The position numbers were made by a program, and so were the translations under genes. The notes below the pieces were generated by a model. The model had not been told where the DNA came from. It ran no database searches and was given only the letters and a program-made list of their open reading frames with translations. DNA of 64,000 bases, taken from assembly GCA_963796285.1 (NCBI GenBank), contig CAWCKW010000012.1:1824001-1888000 (forward strand). Direction: 5' to 3'. Positions 33,855 through 44,382 of the stretch are shown here, one piece after another; within the stretch, counting starts at the first letter, position 1, and each line of letters opens with the position of its first letter. Origin of the DNA: Nitrospirota bacterium. Lineage in GTDB: Bacteria > Nitrospirota > UBA9217.

Positions 33855-34364
33855 ATGGAAACTCTCGGGATATTTAAGGATATTGAGAACGCGAGCAGGG
33901 GCGTGGACAGCCTGGTTAAGGCGGGGTTCGACGAAGCGGATATCACCTCACTGACCTCCGTTCCTTATCCCGACAACGTGCTGGTGAAGACCGATCAACG
34001 CACCTGGTTCCGCTGGCTGGCCGTGGCAGGCGGCTTGGTCGGCGCTGCTGCAGGCTTTCTCCTGGCAGCGGGCACTGCCTGGCTCTACCCGGTGCAGACC
34101 GGCGACAAGCCGATCATCGCACTTTACCCGACCGGGATCATCACCTATGAACTCGCCATGCTCTTCGCCATAGTCGGCACCATAGGCGGGATGTTTCTTG
34201 AAATGAGGCTTCCGCCCTGGGAAAAGCGCCCCTATGATACGGCCATCAGCGAGGGATGCATCGGCATCAGTGTTTTCGTACCCAGAGGAGAGAAAAGCAA
34301 AATGGCGGAAGAGATCATGAAGCAAGCCGGCGCCTTGCGGATCATTGCGGAGGAAACAGTATGA
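33855..34364 (+). CDS. actD: ActD (DUF3341)-like subunit
   Basis: LGIF, SVPYP, two TM helices, GDKP..ITYELAMLFA; follows actC. Confidence 0.7.
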   Translation: METLGIFKDIENASRGVDSLVKAGFDEADITSLTSVPYPDNVLVKTDQRTWFRWLAVAGGLVGAAAGFLLAAGTAWLYPVQTGDKPIIALYPTGIITYELAMLFAIVGTIGGMFLEMRLPPWEKRPYDTAISEGCIGISVFVPRGEKSKMAEEIMKQAGALRIIAEETV

Positions 34365-34816
34365 GATGGGTTTCGAAACTGCTCATTCTGGCCACGGCTC
34401 CTCTGCTGTTAGCGGCGATCTGGATGGATGATCAGCAATCCTACAAACCGTATAAAGCGCCGGTACTCTCCCCGCCCGCAGGCGCTGTGCCGGTTTCAGG
34501 CAAAGAGATCGTCTCGCAACAGGCCGATTTGAGAAATCCCATAACCCCGACCGAAGCATCCCTGTCGCAGGGGAAGGCGCTCTTCGATATCAACTGCGCC
34601 ATGTGTCACGGCCAGACCTCGGCGGAACGCGGTCCCGTGGGTAAAAAACTCGTTCCACCGCCGCCGGGCCTCGACCCTGGTATGGTGAAGGGCCTGAGCG
34701 ACTCCACGATCTTCAAGGCCATTACCTTCGGTTTCGGCCGCATGCCGTCCTTTAAGGACAAGCTCAAGCCCGAAGAGCGATGGAGTCTGGCCAACTTCCT
34801 GCGGACACGCAAATGA
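34361..34816 (+). CDS. actE: ActE-like monoheme cytochrome c
   Basis: Start MRWVSK; MDDQQSYKPY, PPAGAVP, NCAMCHG, GRMPS, ERW. Confidence 0.75.
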   Translation: MRWVSKLLILATAPLLLAAIWMDDQQSYKPYKAPVLSPPAGAVPVSGKEIVSQQADLRNPITPTEASLSQGKALFDINCAMCHGQTSAERGPVGKKLVPPPPGLDPGMVKGLSDSTIFKAITFGFGRMPSFKDKLKPEERWSLANFLRTRK

Positions 34817-35169
34817 ATGTCTGGCCTTTTCAACGGCCTGATCTTCCATTCCACACCCTCGAAAAACGAAGCTGCGCGAAGAAGCTCGGATAACGCTCTG
34901 CAAGCCGCCCATTCGAGGGTACGGCCATGAGCACTGGCGATGCAATTCTCCTTGACTCCTACGTGACGGCGGTATGAAGAAGGATTTCCAATAAAGCTCG
35001 CGCTGCGTATTTTGCTATACTAATAAAATGCAATTATTGTGCGGATTTACTTCGTTATTTTTATGATTTGAGAAGATCCGTTACGTATCAGTGCAATTCA
35101 TTGCTTCGTCATAATCATCAGGGTCAAAGATCGTTGTCTTATAAACGCGGGATTTACCGGGATCGAGGC

Positions 35170-36561
35170 ATGTTAATGGATACCGTTCTGCTTTCACGAA
35201 TTCAGTTTGCCGTCACGACCCTTTTCCACATCCTCTTTCCCACGTTGACCATAGGCCTCTCCGTCTTTCTTGTAGTCGTCGAGCTCCTGTGGCTCAAGAC
35301 AAAGGAAGAACTGTATTACCGCATGTATCGTTTTTGGGTGAAGTTCTTTGCCGTCAATTTCAGCGTCGGAGTCGTCACCGGGATCGTGCTGGAATTTGAA
35401 TTCGGCACTAATTTCTCCGGCTTTTCTCAAGCGGCCAGCAATGTCATTGCCCCTCTCATGGCCTTCGAGGTCATGACCGCCTTCTTTCTGGAGTCCGGTT
35501 TCCTCGGCATCATGCTGTTCGGATGGAACAGGGTAAGCCGTCACATGCATTTTCTCGCTACCTCGCTCGTGGCAGTCGGGACCATTCTCTCTTCCTTCTG
35601 GATCATTGCAGCTAATTCGTGGATGCAGACCCCGGCCGGTTACCGTCTGATCGATGGAAAGTTCATGGTCACTGATTTCCACGCCGCGATCTTTAATCCT
35701 TCCACGCTCGTGCGCATGCTTCATATGAGCACGGCCGCGCTCGAGACCACTGCGTTTGTCGTTGCCGGGGTCAGCGCATACTTTCTCCTGAAGGGCGGCA
35801 CGAGCGTCCTTTTTCGACGTTCTCTCACGATCGCACTGATCATGGCCGCGCTGTTCGCTCCGCTCCAGATGATCATCGGTGACCTGAGCGGCAGAATGGT
35901 TTTTCGTCATCAGCCTGCCAAGCTTGCCGCAACGGAAGCCCATTGGGAGACAAACAGGGAGGGAGGCGCACCCTTTGTCGTTGTGGCTTTTCCTGATGTG
36001 AAGGAGGAAAAGAATACGTTCGAGATCTCCCTGCCGAACGGCCTCAGTCTCCTGGCCACTCACACTCTTCATGGCCGGGTTTCAGGGCTGAAAGAATTCG
36101 CGAGAGAGGACCGTCCGAGTGTTCCTCTTCTATTCCTGGCATTCCGCATCATGATAGGGATTGGGACGCTCTTGCTGCTGGTAATGATCTGGGGATTCAT
36201 TCTCTGGAGAAAAGGGAGACTCTTCGAACACCGGCCATTTCTCTGGACGCTTGTGGTCATCCACCCCCTCGGTTTTCTTGCTGTCGAGACCGGATGGATA
36301 ACGACCGAAGCGGGCCGGCAGCCCTGGCTCGTTTATGGTCTTATGAGAACGGCCGAGGGTCTTTCACCCATTCCACCGGGCAATGTGATCTGGTCTCTCA
36401 GTCTCTTTCTCATCATCTTTGCGTCGATCGGCTTGATCTACTTATTTTACATCCTGAATATGATCAAACGAGGACCGGACGTTTCGAGCCCGATCCCTGC
36501 GGTTCAGCTTCCAGCGGGGATGCGGCCTTTACAAGATCAGGAGGGAACAACCAACGCTTAG
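35170..36561 (+). CDS. cydA: Cytochrome bd quinol oxidase subunit I (short Q-loop)
   Basis: [50 protein letters not shown]. Confidence 0.93.
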   Translation: MLMDTVLLSRIQFAVTTLFHILFPTLTIGLSVFLVVVELLWLKTKEELYYRMYRFWVKFFAVNFSVGVVTGIVLEFEFGTNFSGFSQAASNVIAPLMAFEVMTAFFLESGFLGIMLFGWNRVSRHMHFLATSLVAVGTILSSFWIIAANSWMQTPAGYRLIDGKFMVTDFHAAIFNPSTLVRMLHMSTAALETTAFVVAGVSAYFLLKGGTSVLFRRSLTIALIMAALFAPLQMIIGDLSGRMVFRHQPAKLAATEAHWETNREGGAPFVVVAFPDVKEEKNTFEISLPNGLSLLATHTLHGRVSGLKEFAREDRPSVPLLFLAFRIMIGIGTLLLLVMIWGFILWRKGRLFEHRPFLWTLVVIHPLGFLAVETGWITTEAGRQPWLVYGLMRTAEGLSPIPPGNVIWSLSLFLIIFASIGLIYLFYILNMIKRGPDVSSPIPAVQLPAGMRPLQDQEGTTNA

Positions 36562-36630
36562 CAAAAAGCTGAACGGAGAATTTTCGCCGCAAAGACTCGG
36601 TGAATGGTAATTGAAGTCTTGGAGTAATTT

Positions 36631-37626
36631 ATGAACATTGTCGACATCTGGATCGCGCTTCTTGCTCTGACGGTGATCCTTTACGTGATCCTGGACGGCT
36701 TCGGACTCGGGATAGCGCTCCTGTTCCCGTTCACGCATAATGAGGAAGAGCGCGACACGCTGATGAACAGCATTGCACCCGTCTGGGATGCGAATCAGAC
36801 CTGGCTCGTCTTCGGCGGCGGCATCCTGCTTGTGGCCTTTCCACTGGTATATGGAGTGCTCTTCAGCGCCATGTATATCCCTCTCTTTACGCTTCTCTAT
36901 GGCCTGATCTTCCGCGGCGTGTCTTTTGAGTTCCGGTTGAATGCCGCGCGAAAATATATCTGGGACAGAGCGTTCTTCCTTGGAGGTCTTGCTGCAGTGG
37001 CAGCACAGGGTTTGATCCTGGGCGGCGTCCTTACCGGAACAAAAATTGCGGGGAGTCATTTTGCGGGCGGTTCTTTCGACTGGCTAAATCCCTACTCACT
37101 AGCGACGGCTTTCGGATTGATCGCCGGCTATATCCTTCTTGCATCCACTTATCTGATCATCAAGACAACAGGAATAATACAAGCGCGCGCTTACAACAAT
37201 GCCTTTCGGTCATCAGTGGTCGTACTGATATTCCAGCTCTTAATGATCACCTGGACGCCCTTTCACGACCCCAAGGTCCTGGCCCATTGGCTGAGTGCGC
37301 CCAGGGTCTATTTCATCTGGATCTTCCCCGCGCTGGGACTGCTGGCTTTCACCGGGATCATCAAAAGCCTGAGATCGAGGAGTGAGATCATGCCCTTTGT
37401 ATTCAGTGTGGTTTTCTTTTTCGCCGGGTATCTGGGTCTCTTTGCGTCGATCTATCCCCATGCAGTTCCGCCCGGCATCACCTTTTATGATGCAGCAGCG
37501 CAACGGGAAACGCTTGAGTTCACGCTCTGGGGAGCGGCGATAATCCTGCCGGTTGTGTTGGGATATACCATCTACAGATACACGGTTTTCAAAGGCAAGG
37601 TGGGCAAGGAAGGCCATTACCATTGA
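36631..37626 (+). CDS. cydB: Cytochrome bd quinol oxidase subunit II
   Basis: YVILDGFGLG, PVWDANQTWLV, FRGVSFEFR. Confidence 0.92.
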   Translation: MNIVDIWIALLALTVILYVILDGFGLGIALLFPFTHNEEERDTLMNSIAPVWDANQTWLVFGGGILLVAFPLVYGVLFSAMYIPLFTLLYGLIFRGVSFEFRLNAARKYIWDRAFFLGGLAAVAAQGLILGGVLTGTKIAGSHFAGGSFDWLNPYSLATAFGLIAGYILLASTYLIIKTTGIIQARAYNNAFRSSVVVLIFQLLMITWTPFHDPKVLAHWLSAPRVYFIWIFPALGLLAFTGIIKSLRSRSEIMPFVFSVVFFFAGYLGLFASIYPHAVPPGITFYDAAAQRETLEFTLWGAAIILPVVLGYTIYRYTVFKGKVGKEGHYH

Positions 37627-37764
37627 TTTGTCCGGTCGATTATAACGCGTTAAACGATCGACCGATGGCTGTTTTGTCAGTTGAAGAAAAGGATGGTACA
37701 AGCTGTTTGTCAGGCAAACTGCGTTTCATTTCAGCGCAAAGGCAGGTAGAGCCGAGAATTACCG

Positions 37765-38403
37765 TCAAATGAAAAGGAGCTTTCGCTCACCCTGAAAATA
37801 TCGTCGCGCGAGGAGGAGCAGCTTCAGATAATAGTTGTCGAAGCACGGGACGAACTCCTCTGCAGAGACAGCGACCCGTTCAGCGGCGGTACTGTTCCGG
37901 TACAGGCTGCATTCGATACTGCGGACTTCTCCGGTGAAAAGTCTGATGCCGTGGTCCACTTCCATTTCCAGCACCGCGTCCACTTCTTCCGTCTGAAGTA
38001 CAAAGGCGTCAGGCCGCATCTCACGAATAAGCAGGAACACGTCCTGGAATTCGTACTCTATCACCCCGGGAGTAAAACAATACACAAATACCCTTCGTCC
38101 GAGGGGCAGGAGGTCGGTGAACCGGACATCAAGCCCCAGTTCCTCCTTGATCTCCCGCGGTCCGGCGACCTTCGCATCCTCGCCTGCTGCGTAGTGTCCT
38201 CCAACACTTACATCGAACATATTCGGCGCGATCTTTTTCTGTGCCGACCGCTTCTGAAAGAGTGCTTGTCCCCTTCCCTCCCGCGAAGACACGAGGAGAC
38301 AGTGGAAGGCCCCGTGCCATATACCGGTCCGGTGAGCCTCATCCCGGGCGATGACCTCCCCGGTCTTCCGGCCGGTACAGTCCAATATATCGAATGTTTC
38401 CGT
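37765..38403 (-). CDS. NUDIX hydrolase (IPP-isomerase-like subgroup)
   Basis: ETFDILD..G..TG..R.EAH..G.WH, QKRS..K, DVSVGGH, REIKEELG. The frame extends to an ACG at 38403 behind a GAGGAG RBS. Confidence 0.8.
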   Translation of the reverse strand, partial: TETFDILDCTGRKTGEVIARDEAHRTGIWHGAFHCLLVSSREGRGQALFQKRSAQKKIAPNMFDVSVGGHYAAGEDAKVAGPREIKEELGLDVRFTDLLPLGRRVFVYCFTPGVIEYEFQDVFLLIREMRPDAFVLQTEEVDAVLEMEVDHGIRLFTGEVRSIECSLYRNSTAAERVAVSAEEFVPCFDNYYLKLLLLARRYFQGERKLLFI

Positions 38404-38598
38404 AAGCCCTCCTCGTAATCAGTATCAATTTAATAACACGCAGGACAATTATAAATTAAATCGAAATACTTTTCATTATAATTCCCCCGCGGGCAAATCT
38501 CCTCTGGCAACCATCGAATGATTTCTGTATAATGGTGCCAGCAGTCGACGCGCATGAGTTGGCCGCAGAACGGAACGCCGGCTACTGACCCATGGTCT

Positions 38599-39591
38599 AT
38601 GAACATATCAACCTTCTTCAACTCTTTTGCCGGCATGTATGTGGCCCAGTCGTTCTGCCACTCGATCATCGTTGCGGTGATCGCGGACCGGGCATTGAAA
38701 GCATGGAGGGTCGAGGCCCCTGAGGTCCGGCAGCGGTTCCGCCTCATTGCCATCATTTTTCCAATCGTCTCCTTCCCCCTGTACCAGCTGATAAATCCCG
38801 ATAGAAGCTCGGCTCTGTTCAGGCTCGGATCGCTGTTCGACATCAACCGCTGGTTGAGCATGGAGATCTGGGGCCTTCTCCCTGTCGGTCTGCTCTTCCT
38901 GCTCCTCCTTGGTTTCACGACACTGGTCTTTTTTTTTCAGGAGATGTTCCCGGTGATCATGCATTCGCTGGAATCGAAACAGGTGGAGCACGAAGGCACA
39001 CACCTGGATGAAGACCCGTTCATTGAAGAAGCCTCGCGATTGCTGTCCATCAAGATACCGGACGTTGTCCTTCTCGACGATGACGAACCTCTCCTGTTCT
39101 CTTCCACGGGGAAGGACCCCGTTATCTTCACCTCAACGGGTCTCTCGCGGGCGCTTACCAGGGAACAGATGCAGGCTGCGTTGGCGCATGAGATCGCGCA
39201 CATTGCCCGAAGCAGGCGTCCCCTGCTGATCATTGTGTTCATCCTCAGGATCATCATGTTCTTCAATCCCGTCGTCCTGTTGAAATTCAGGAGGGCGGTC
39301 AAGGACGAAGAAAAAATATGCGACGACATCGCGGTTTCGTTGACCCATAACCCCGCGGCGCTCGCCGACGCGCTCAAAATATTTTTGCATAAAAAGGACG
39401 AAGTCCCTGAACCAAGTATCCGAAAGCTCTCCACGTCGAACGTCTCTCTCGAAGAGCACAGCCATAACCTGCACCTGGAGAGCAGAATAAAACGGCTGGA
39501 GTCGGGATCGATCAACACGAGGGAAGGTTGGGGCGTTCCCTTCATGCTTGCGCTTCTGACCGCGGCCGTGCTCAATTACTTTATCGTATGA
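38599..39591 (+). CDS. M56/M48 (BlaR1-like) membrane zinc peptidase
   Basis: N-terminal TM helices, LAHEIAHI, FFNPVV, EKICDD; TGGCAA-17 bp-TATAAT at 38505-38533. Confidence 0.75.
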   Translation: MNISTFFNSFAGMYVAQSFCHSIIVAVIADRALKAWRVEAPEVRQRFRLIAIIFPIVSFPLYQLINPDRSSALFRLGSLFDINRWLSMEIWGLLPVGLLFLLLLGFTTLVFFFQEMFPVIMHSLESKQVEHEGTHLDEDPFIEEASRLLSIKIPDVVLLDDDEPLLFSSTGKDPVIFTSTGLSRALTREQMQAALAHEIAHIARSRRPLLIIVFILRIIMFFNPVVLLKFRRAVKDEEKICDDIAVSLTHNPAALADALKIFLHKKDEVPEPSIRKLSTSNVSLEEHSHNLHLESRIKRLESGSINTREGWGVPFMLALLTAAVLNYFIV

Positions 39592-39607
39592 AGCAGCGAG
39601 GTGCGCC

Positions 39608-40135
39608 ATGAATAAAAAATTGACCGGTTTCCTGACGTTCGCCCTCATGATCGTGCTGCTTATTGCGGCCCTCAAGGTCATGAACTGGCTCCCGCTCGCC
39701 ATGCAGAAAGAGACGATCAGGCAATATGCCAGCGTGGAGGAGGTGCGCGCCGCTTTGGGCATGAAGGAGATCTACGTGCCGTCCTATTTCCCCCAGCAGA
39801 TCATCTGGCCACCGGCCACGATCCTGGCGCAAGGCAGGCCGTTCTCCGCGATCGTCATGGAATTCACCCGTGCGGACAAAAGGAACATCGCGCTTGTCAT
39901 ATCCCAGTCCGAAGGCGGCGCCCTGAACGTTGAAAATCCGATCAAGATCACCAATGTCACCGAAAAGGCGCGATACGCGATAAAAGGCAGAGACGCGGCT
40001 CTGACCGTCGGCACCTGCGGAAATGATGAACCCTGCAGCGGGATAACGTGGAATGAGGGCAAATACACCATGACTGTGCTCATGAAATCAGCGCCCTTTG
40101 AACTGACGAAAATAGCTGAAAGCATGATCCGCTGA
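39608..40135 (+). CDS. Membrane-anchored hypothetical protein
   Basis: GAGGT RBS, one N-terminal TM helix, YVPSYFP...ELTKIAESM; 16 nt after the peptidase stop. Confidence 0.7.
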   Translation: MNKKLTGFLTFALMIVLLIAALKVMNWLPLAMQKETIRQYASVEEVRAALGMKEIYVPSYFPQQIIWPPATILAQGRPFSAIVMEFTRADKRNIALVISQSEGGALNVENPIKITNVTEKARYAIKGRDAALTVGTCGNDEPCSGITWNEGKYTMTVLMKSAPFELTKIAESMIR

Positions 40136-40458
40136 TCGGGCATTCGTTCGCCATATATCACCGCGGACTGCAGCCGTAGCGAATGCAAAATGCACACTAG
40201 TTTTTGCATTACAAAATTTATGCATGCATGACCATAGCAATATCCCTTCGTTTTCAATCCCCTAGATAAATAAAACCGCCTTTTTCGCATCCGATTCATC
40301 ATTCGGCAATCTCAATACCCCAGGTAACCTTCGGCCTGCCTTTCCTGTCGCAAACTAATAGGATAAATAACCCCTGCAAATAGGTATTTCTTCCCATTTC
40401 CAAAACCCCGTGCCCTTGCTATATATAAACCAACAGAATACGAAAGGAGGTGAAAACC

Positions 40459-40800
40459 ATGCTAAGTTATAAGGCAGGACAAAGGGTTGGGAAAGGCACC
40501 TACTGGGATCTGGCACGCGGACAGAGGATCGATGTGGAACAGGAAGACATTTTGAGCGGAGAGGCCTCATCAACATACTTCCGCATTCCCACGGGTGTCA
40601 TGCTGCTTGCCGGACCGATCATCGGCTTGTTTTACGTGATAGCCCTTCCGTTCATCGGTATCGCTACGCTCGCAACGCTCGCAGCAGGAAAGGTTGCCAA
40701 TGGCTTCCTGGGGCTGATCGGAAGCAGTCTGTCATTCGGCTGGCGACCGAAAGAGGCGTATCTGTCAGGAAAAAAGAAGAGCAAAAAGGAGAAAAAGTAG
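40459..40800 (+). CDS. Small membrane protein, paralogue A
   Basis: AAAGGAGGTG RBS; C-terminal IGLFYVIALP...LSFGWRPKEAYLSGKK. Confidence 0.75.
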   Translation: MLSYKAGQRVGKGTYWDLARGQRIDVEQEDILSGEASSTYFRIPTGVMLLAGPIIGLFYVIALPFIGIATLATLAAGKVANGFLGLIGSSLSFGWRPKEAYLSGKKKSKKEKK

Positions 40801-40900
40801 CGTTACGGCGGGCAGGAACACGGACACCTGTGCGAAGCGGTCATGCGGGTCCCACCACACCAGGCGGATGAACCTCCGCTGGAACCAAGGAGGAAACACC

Positions 40901-41317
40901 ATGCATACACTCGTAGATTTCATAACCCAGGTAAAAGGAATTGAATACGTATTATCGATACTGTTTATCGGAGGCTTCCTCCTGTTCTGGGAGATCCTGA
41001 AGCCCCGGCCCTTCGCCACGGTCATAAGCGCAGGCAAGGATGACCTGGAGCACATCAAGCAGAACGGCTATCGGGAAACCATGAAGTTCGCCGGCAAGAT
41101 AGCGGCCGCCCCCTTCATCGGGTTGATGTATATCGTCATGCTGCCCGTCGGTTTCTTCTTTGTATTGTTGTCTGAAGCCGTGAACCTGCTCGTCAAGGGC
41201 GTGTCCACGCTCCTGGGCAGAGACCTGTCCTTTGAATGGCGCCCCGTGGAGGCCTATTTCACAGGTAAAAAAAGGAAGCGGACAGCGGTCGACGCGGGCA
41301 AGAGCGCGAAGAAATAA
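40901..41317 (+). CDS. Small membrane protein, paralogue B, with HmcD-like N-terminus
   Basis: AAGGAGG RBS; MHTLVDFITQVKGIEY..F..FW; C-terminal IGLMYIVMLP...LSFEWRPVEAYFTGKK. Confidence 0.7.
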   Translation: MHTLVDFITQVKGIEYVLSILFIGGFLLFWEILKPRPFATVISAGKDDLEHIKQNGYRETMKFAGKIAAAPFIGLMYIVMLPVGFFFVLLSEAVNLLVKGVSTLLGRDLSFEWRPVEAYFTGKKRKRTAVDAGKSAKK

Positions 41318-41356
41318 CGCTTCTGAGAATACCCATTCGATGAAAGGAACGGACCA

Positions 41357-41821
41357 ATGAGAAAACTACTCGCTATCACCGTGGTCATAAGCTTTTGCCT
41401 TATCGCCGCTGCCCAGATCGGCGCTGCGGCGGAAGCGCCGGGGGTACGCATCCTGGACAGCATCAGGGACGTCTACACCCCGGTGAAGTTCGATCACCCG
41501 AAGCATGTTTCCATCGCGGGCAGTTGCGCTGCCTGCCATCACGAGCACAGCGTGGGTGACGCGTTGCCGTGCAAGCAATGTCATAAGATCTCCCCGGAAA
41601 TATTCAAGAACTCGGTCACCCAAAGCTTTATGCCTTGCAAGAACTGCCACGGCGCTTTTGACCGCGACAACGCCACCATGCCCGGTCTGAAGACCGCGTA
41701 TCACAAACAGTGCTTCAAGTGTCACCGCGGCATGGGCAACATCGGCATGGATCCCAAGGGCTGCGCAGAGCTCTGCCACGCCAGGAAGTTGGACAAAATC
41801 GGTAAAAACGCTCCGAAATAA
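41357..41821 (+). CDS. Class III (c3-type) multiheme cytochrome
   Basis: Signal peptide, VKFDHPKH, four CxxCH plus a terminal CAELCH, LKTAYHKQC. Confidence 0.85.
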   Translation: MRKLLAITVVISFCLIAAAQIGAAAEAPGVRILDSIRDVYTPVKFDHPKHVSIAGSCAACHHEHSVGDALPCKQCHKISPEIFKNSVTQSFMPCKNCHGAFDRDNATMPGLKTAYHKQCFKCHRGMGNIGMDPKGCAELCHARKLDKIGKNAPK

Positions 41822-41865
41822 CAGGGGATACGGGGAGAAAATAAATTCAGCTAAGGAGAGAGGCT

Positions 41866-42876
41866 ATGAGCCATATACCGAATGAACCCGTCATCAAGAA
41901 GGAGGAAATCGCCGGAGATAAGGCCGGCGGAGATGGTCCTGAACAGAAGAATAATGGAATGAACAGGCGGGCATTCCTGGGGACCGTCGCAACGATCACC
42001 GGCGTGACCCTGGTTGGCGCTCAGGGTGTGGCGCGGGCGTCCGCGGACTTTTCCGGATGGCCGAACAGCTATGGGCTCCTGACAGACCTCACGGCCTGCG
42101 TGGGATGCCGGAGCTGCGAAAAGGCCTGCAACGAGGCGAACAAACTGCCTGCTCCGGACAAACCTTTTGACGACAGCTCTGTTTTCGACGAAAAGAGGAT
42201 GCCTACTCAAAAGGCATACACGGTGGTCAACCGGTATGAGAACTCGAAAGACGCGAGCAAACCGATCTACCGCAAAGTTCAATGCAACCACTGCAAGGAA
42301 CCGGCGTGTCTTACATCCTGTCCGATCCATGCGTATACCAAGACGCCGGAGGGCCCGGTCACCTATAACCCGGACCTCTGTTTCGGGTGCCGGTACTGCA
42401 TGACCGCCTGTCCCTTTAATATCCCGGCCTACGATTATTGGAGCGCGCTGGAGCCGCGGATCCAGAAATGCACTATGTGCGCTCCCCGCATCAAGGAAGG
42501 CAAGATCACCGCGTGCGCGGAGGCCTGTCCCGCGGGCGCGCTCACCTTCGGAAAGCGCGAGGACCTGCTGAAGCTCGCCCGAAAAAAGATAGCGGACAAT
42601 CCCGACAAGTACGTGGACCACATCTACGGGGAGAATGAGGTCGGCGGAACGAACTGGATGTATATCTCGGGCGTACCGTTCGAGCAGGTCGGCTTCCCGA
42701 CAAATCTCCCCAAAAGACCGCTCATCGAAGAGACGAAAGGGTTCCTCGGGGCGGTCCCCATCGTGCTGACGGCATGGCCCGCCCTCTTCGGGACCATCTA
42801 CGCGGCCCTGCGCCATAGAGACGCGATCGAGGAGGAAGACAAAAATGCGGAGAAAAAAGAGGGGGTGAAAAAATGA
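41866..42876 (+). CDS. HmcB/HybA-like Tat-exported 4x[4Fe-4S] protein
   Basis: [60 protein letters not shown]-terminal TM helix. Confidence 0.87.
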   Translation: MSHIPNEPVIKKEEIAGDKAGGDGPEQKNNGMNRRAFLGTVATITGVTLVGAQGVARASADFSGWPNSYGLLTDLTACVGCRSCEKACNEANKLPAPDKPFDDSSVFDEKRMPTQKAYTVVNRYENSKDASKPIYRKVQCNHCKEPACLTSCPIHAYTKTPEGPVTYNPDLCFGCRYCMTACPFNIPAYDYWSALEPRIQKCTMCAPRIKEGKITACAEACPAGALTFGKREDLLKLARKKIADNPDKYVDHIYGENEVGGTNWMYISGVPFEQVGFPTNLPKRPLIEETKGFLGAVPIVLTAWPALFGTIYAALRHRDAIEEEDKNAEKKEGVKK

Positions 42877-44126
42877 ATACGGAAATTGGCTTGAAAAGAA
42901 CGGAGGAGTCATCAGGAGATTTCCGCTCCTGGTTCACGAATAAACTCCTGATGGACATGACCTGGCCCGACTACTTTCGGAGCCTGCTCACACCCTTCAA
43001 CGTCGTTGCTGCGATCATCCTGAGTGTCGGACTGCCCGTTTTGGTGCTTCGGTTCTATTACGGACTCTACTTCGCCACGCATGCCTCGAACGAATACCCC
43101 TGGGGGCTGTACCTCGGCTGGGGGCTTTTCGGCGGCGTGCCACTTTCCGCCACTGGTTTCGTCATGGCGACGGCATACTACATTTTCGGTTTTAGAAGGT
43201 ACCACCCCCTGCTCAGGCTGGGCGTCCTGACCGGCTTCCTGGGCTATCTCTTCGCCGTGATCTATCTGCTCGTAGACCTGGGCAGACCGTGGAGGATCTA
43301 CTTCCCCATGATGATCGGGTTCGGCACGCAATCGGTGCTGTTCCTGGTGGCATGGCATGTGGCCACGTACCTGACGGTCCAGTTCGTTGAATTCAGCCCC
43401 GCCATTTTGGAGTGGCTTAAATCTAACCGGGTGCGAAAATGGGCGGTGATGCTCACGATCGGCATGACCATTGCCGGCATCATCCTCTCGACGCTCCACC
43501 AGTCAGCGCTCGGCGCCATGTATCTGCTCGTCCCGGGGAAACTGCACCCGTTGTGGTACAGTTCTTACCTGCCGGTGTTCTTCCTCACCTCGAGCATCTA
43601 CGCGGCACTTGCCATGGTGATCGTGGTGAGCACTCTCGCGGCCCGGTTCCTGAAAAAACGGTGCGACAGCGAGTTTCTTGAGAGCCTGCCCAAGCTGACC
43701 CTCGGCCTGGGGCAAGGCGCCGCAGTGGGCATGTATGTGTATTTCGTATTCAAGATCATCGGCATTGCCCATGACAGCAACTGGTCCCTCCTGAACACGC
43801 CCTACGGGTACTGGTTCCTCGTCGAGCTCCTGGGCTTCGTCCTCGCCCCGGCGCTCGTGTTTACCTACGGCGTTAAGAAGCAGAGCGTCGGCGTGGTGCG
43901 TTTTGCGGGCTTCTATGCTGTTCTGGGGATATTGGTCAACCGTATCAATGTCTCGATCATCGCCTTGAACTGGCAGCTTCCGGAACACCTTCATCACATT
44001 ATTCCGCCGTGGAAAGAAGCGGCGGTCGTCATGGCGATCGCAACGATTCATATCCTGATCTTCCGGTGGATCCTGAACCGTATGCCGGTGCTTCACGCTC
44101 ACCCGGATTATAAGGAATCGCACTGA
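42873..44126 (+). CDS. HmcC/HybB-like NrfD-family membrane protein
   Basis: [30 protein letters not shown]; about ten TM helices. Confidence 0.87.
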   Translation: MNTEIGLKRTEESSGDFRSWFTNKLLMDMTWPDYFRSLLTPFNVVAAIILSVGLPVLVLRFYYGLYFATHASNEYPWGLYLGWGLFGGVPLSATGFVMATAYYIFGFRRYHPLLRLGVLTGFLGYLFAVIYLLVDLGRPWRIYFPMMIGFGTQSVLFLVAWHVATYLTVQFVEFSPAILEWLKSNRVRKWAVMLTIGMTIAGIILSTLHQSALGAMYLLVPGKLHPLWYSSYLPVFFLTSSIYAALAMVIVVSTLAARFLKKRCDSEFLESLPKLTLGLGQGAAVGMYVYFVFKIIGIAHDSNWSLLNTPYGYWFLVELLGFVLAPALVFTYGVKKQSVGVVRFAGFYAVLGILVNRINVSIIALNWQLPEHLHHIIPPWKEAAVVMAIATIHILIFRWILNRMPVLHAHPDYKESH

Positions 44127-44152
44127 ACCACATCAGTCCGAGGAGACTCGCG

Positions 44153-44186
44153 GGGATGTCCGTTGCAGCGGCGGACATCCCTCTTT
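44153..44186 (+). terminator. Putative intrinsic terminator
   Basis: GGGATGTCCG-9 nt loop-CGGACATCCC followed by TCTTT, 26 nt after the stop. Confidence 0.55.
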
Positions 44187-44382
44187 AACCTGAAAAAAAG
44201 GTTTTGACCACGGGTCCGCTACGCGAACATATGGATGAGTTCCGCAAAAAAACGATTTTATAATGAATAGGAAGCTCGTCCATTGATTGTTTTTGGATTT
44301 TTTTCCACTGTTATGACAAATCTTCGCTTATCCGTGTCTGTCCGTGGTTAAGTTCTGTTCCCTGGATCAAAGGGGGTACGAC

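Noticed and set aside
40400-40425. Sigma54 promoter for the redox operon
   Set aside because: TTGCT is present but there is no GG at the -24 position.
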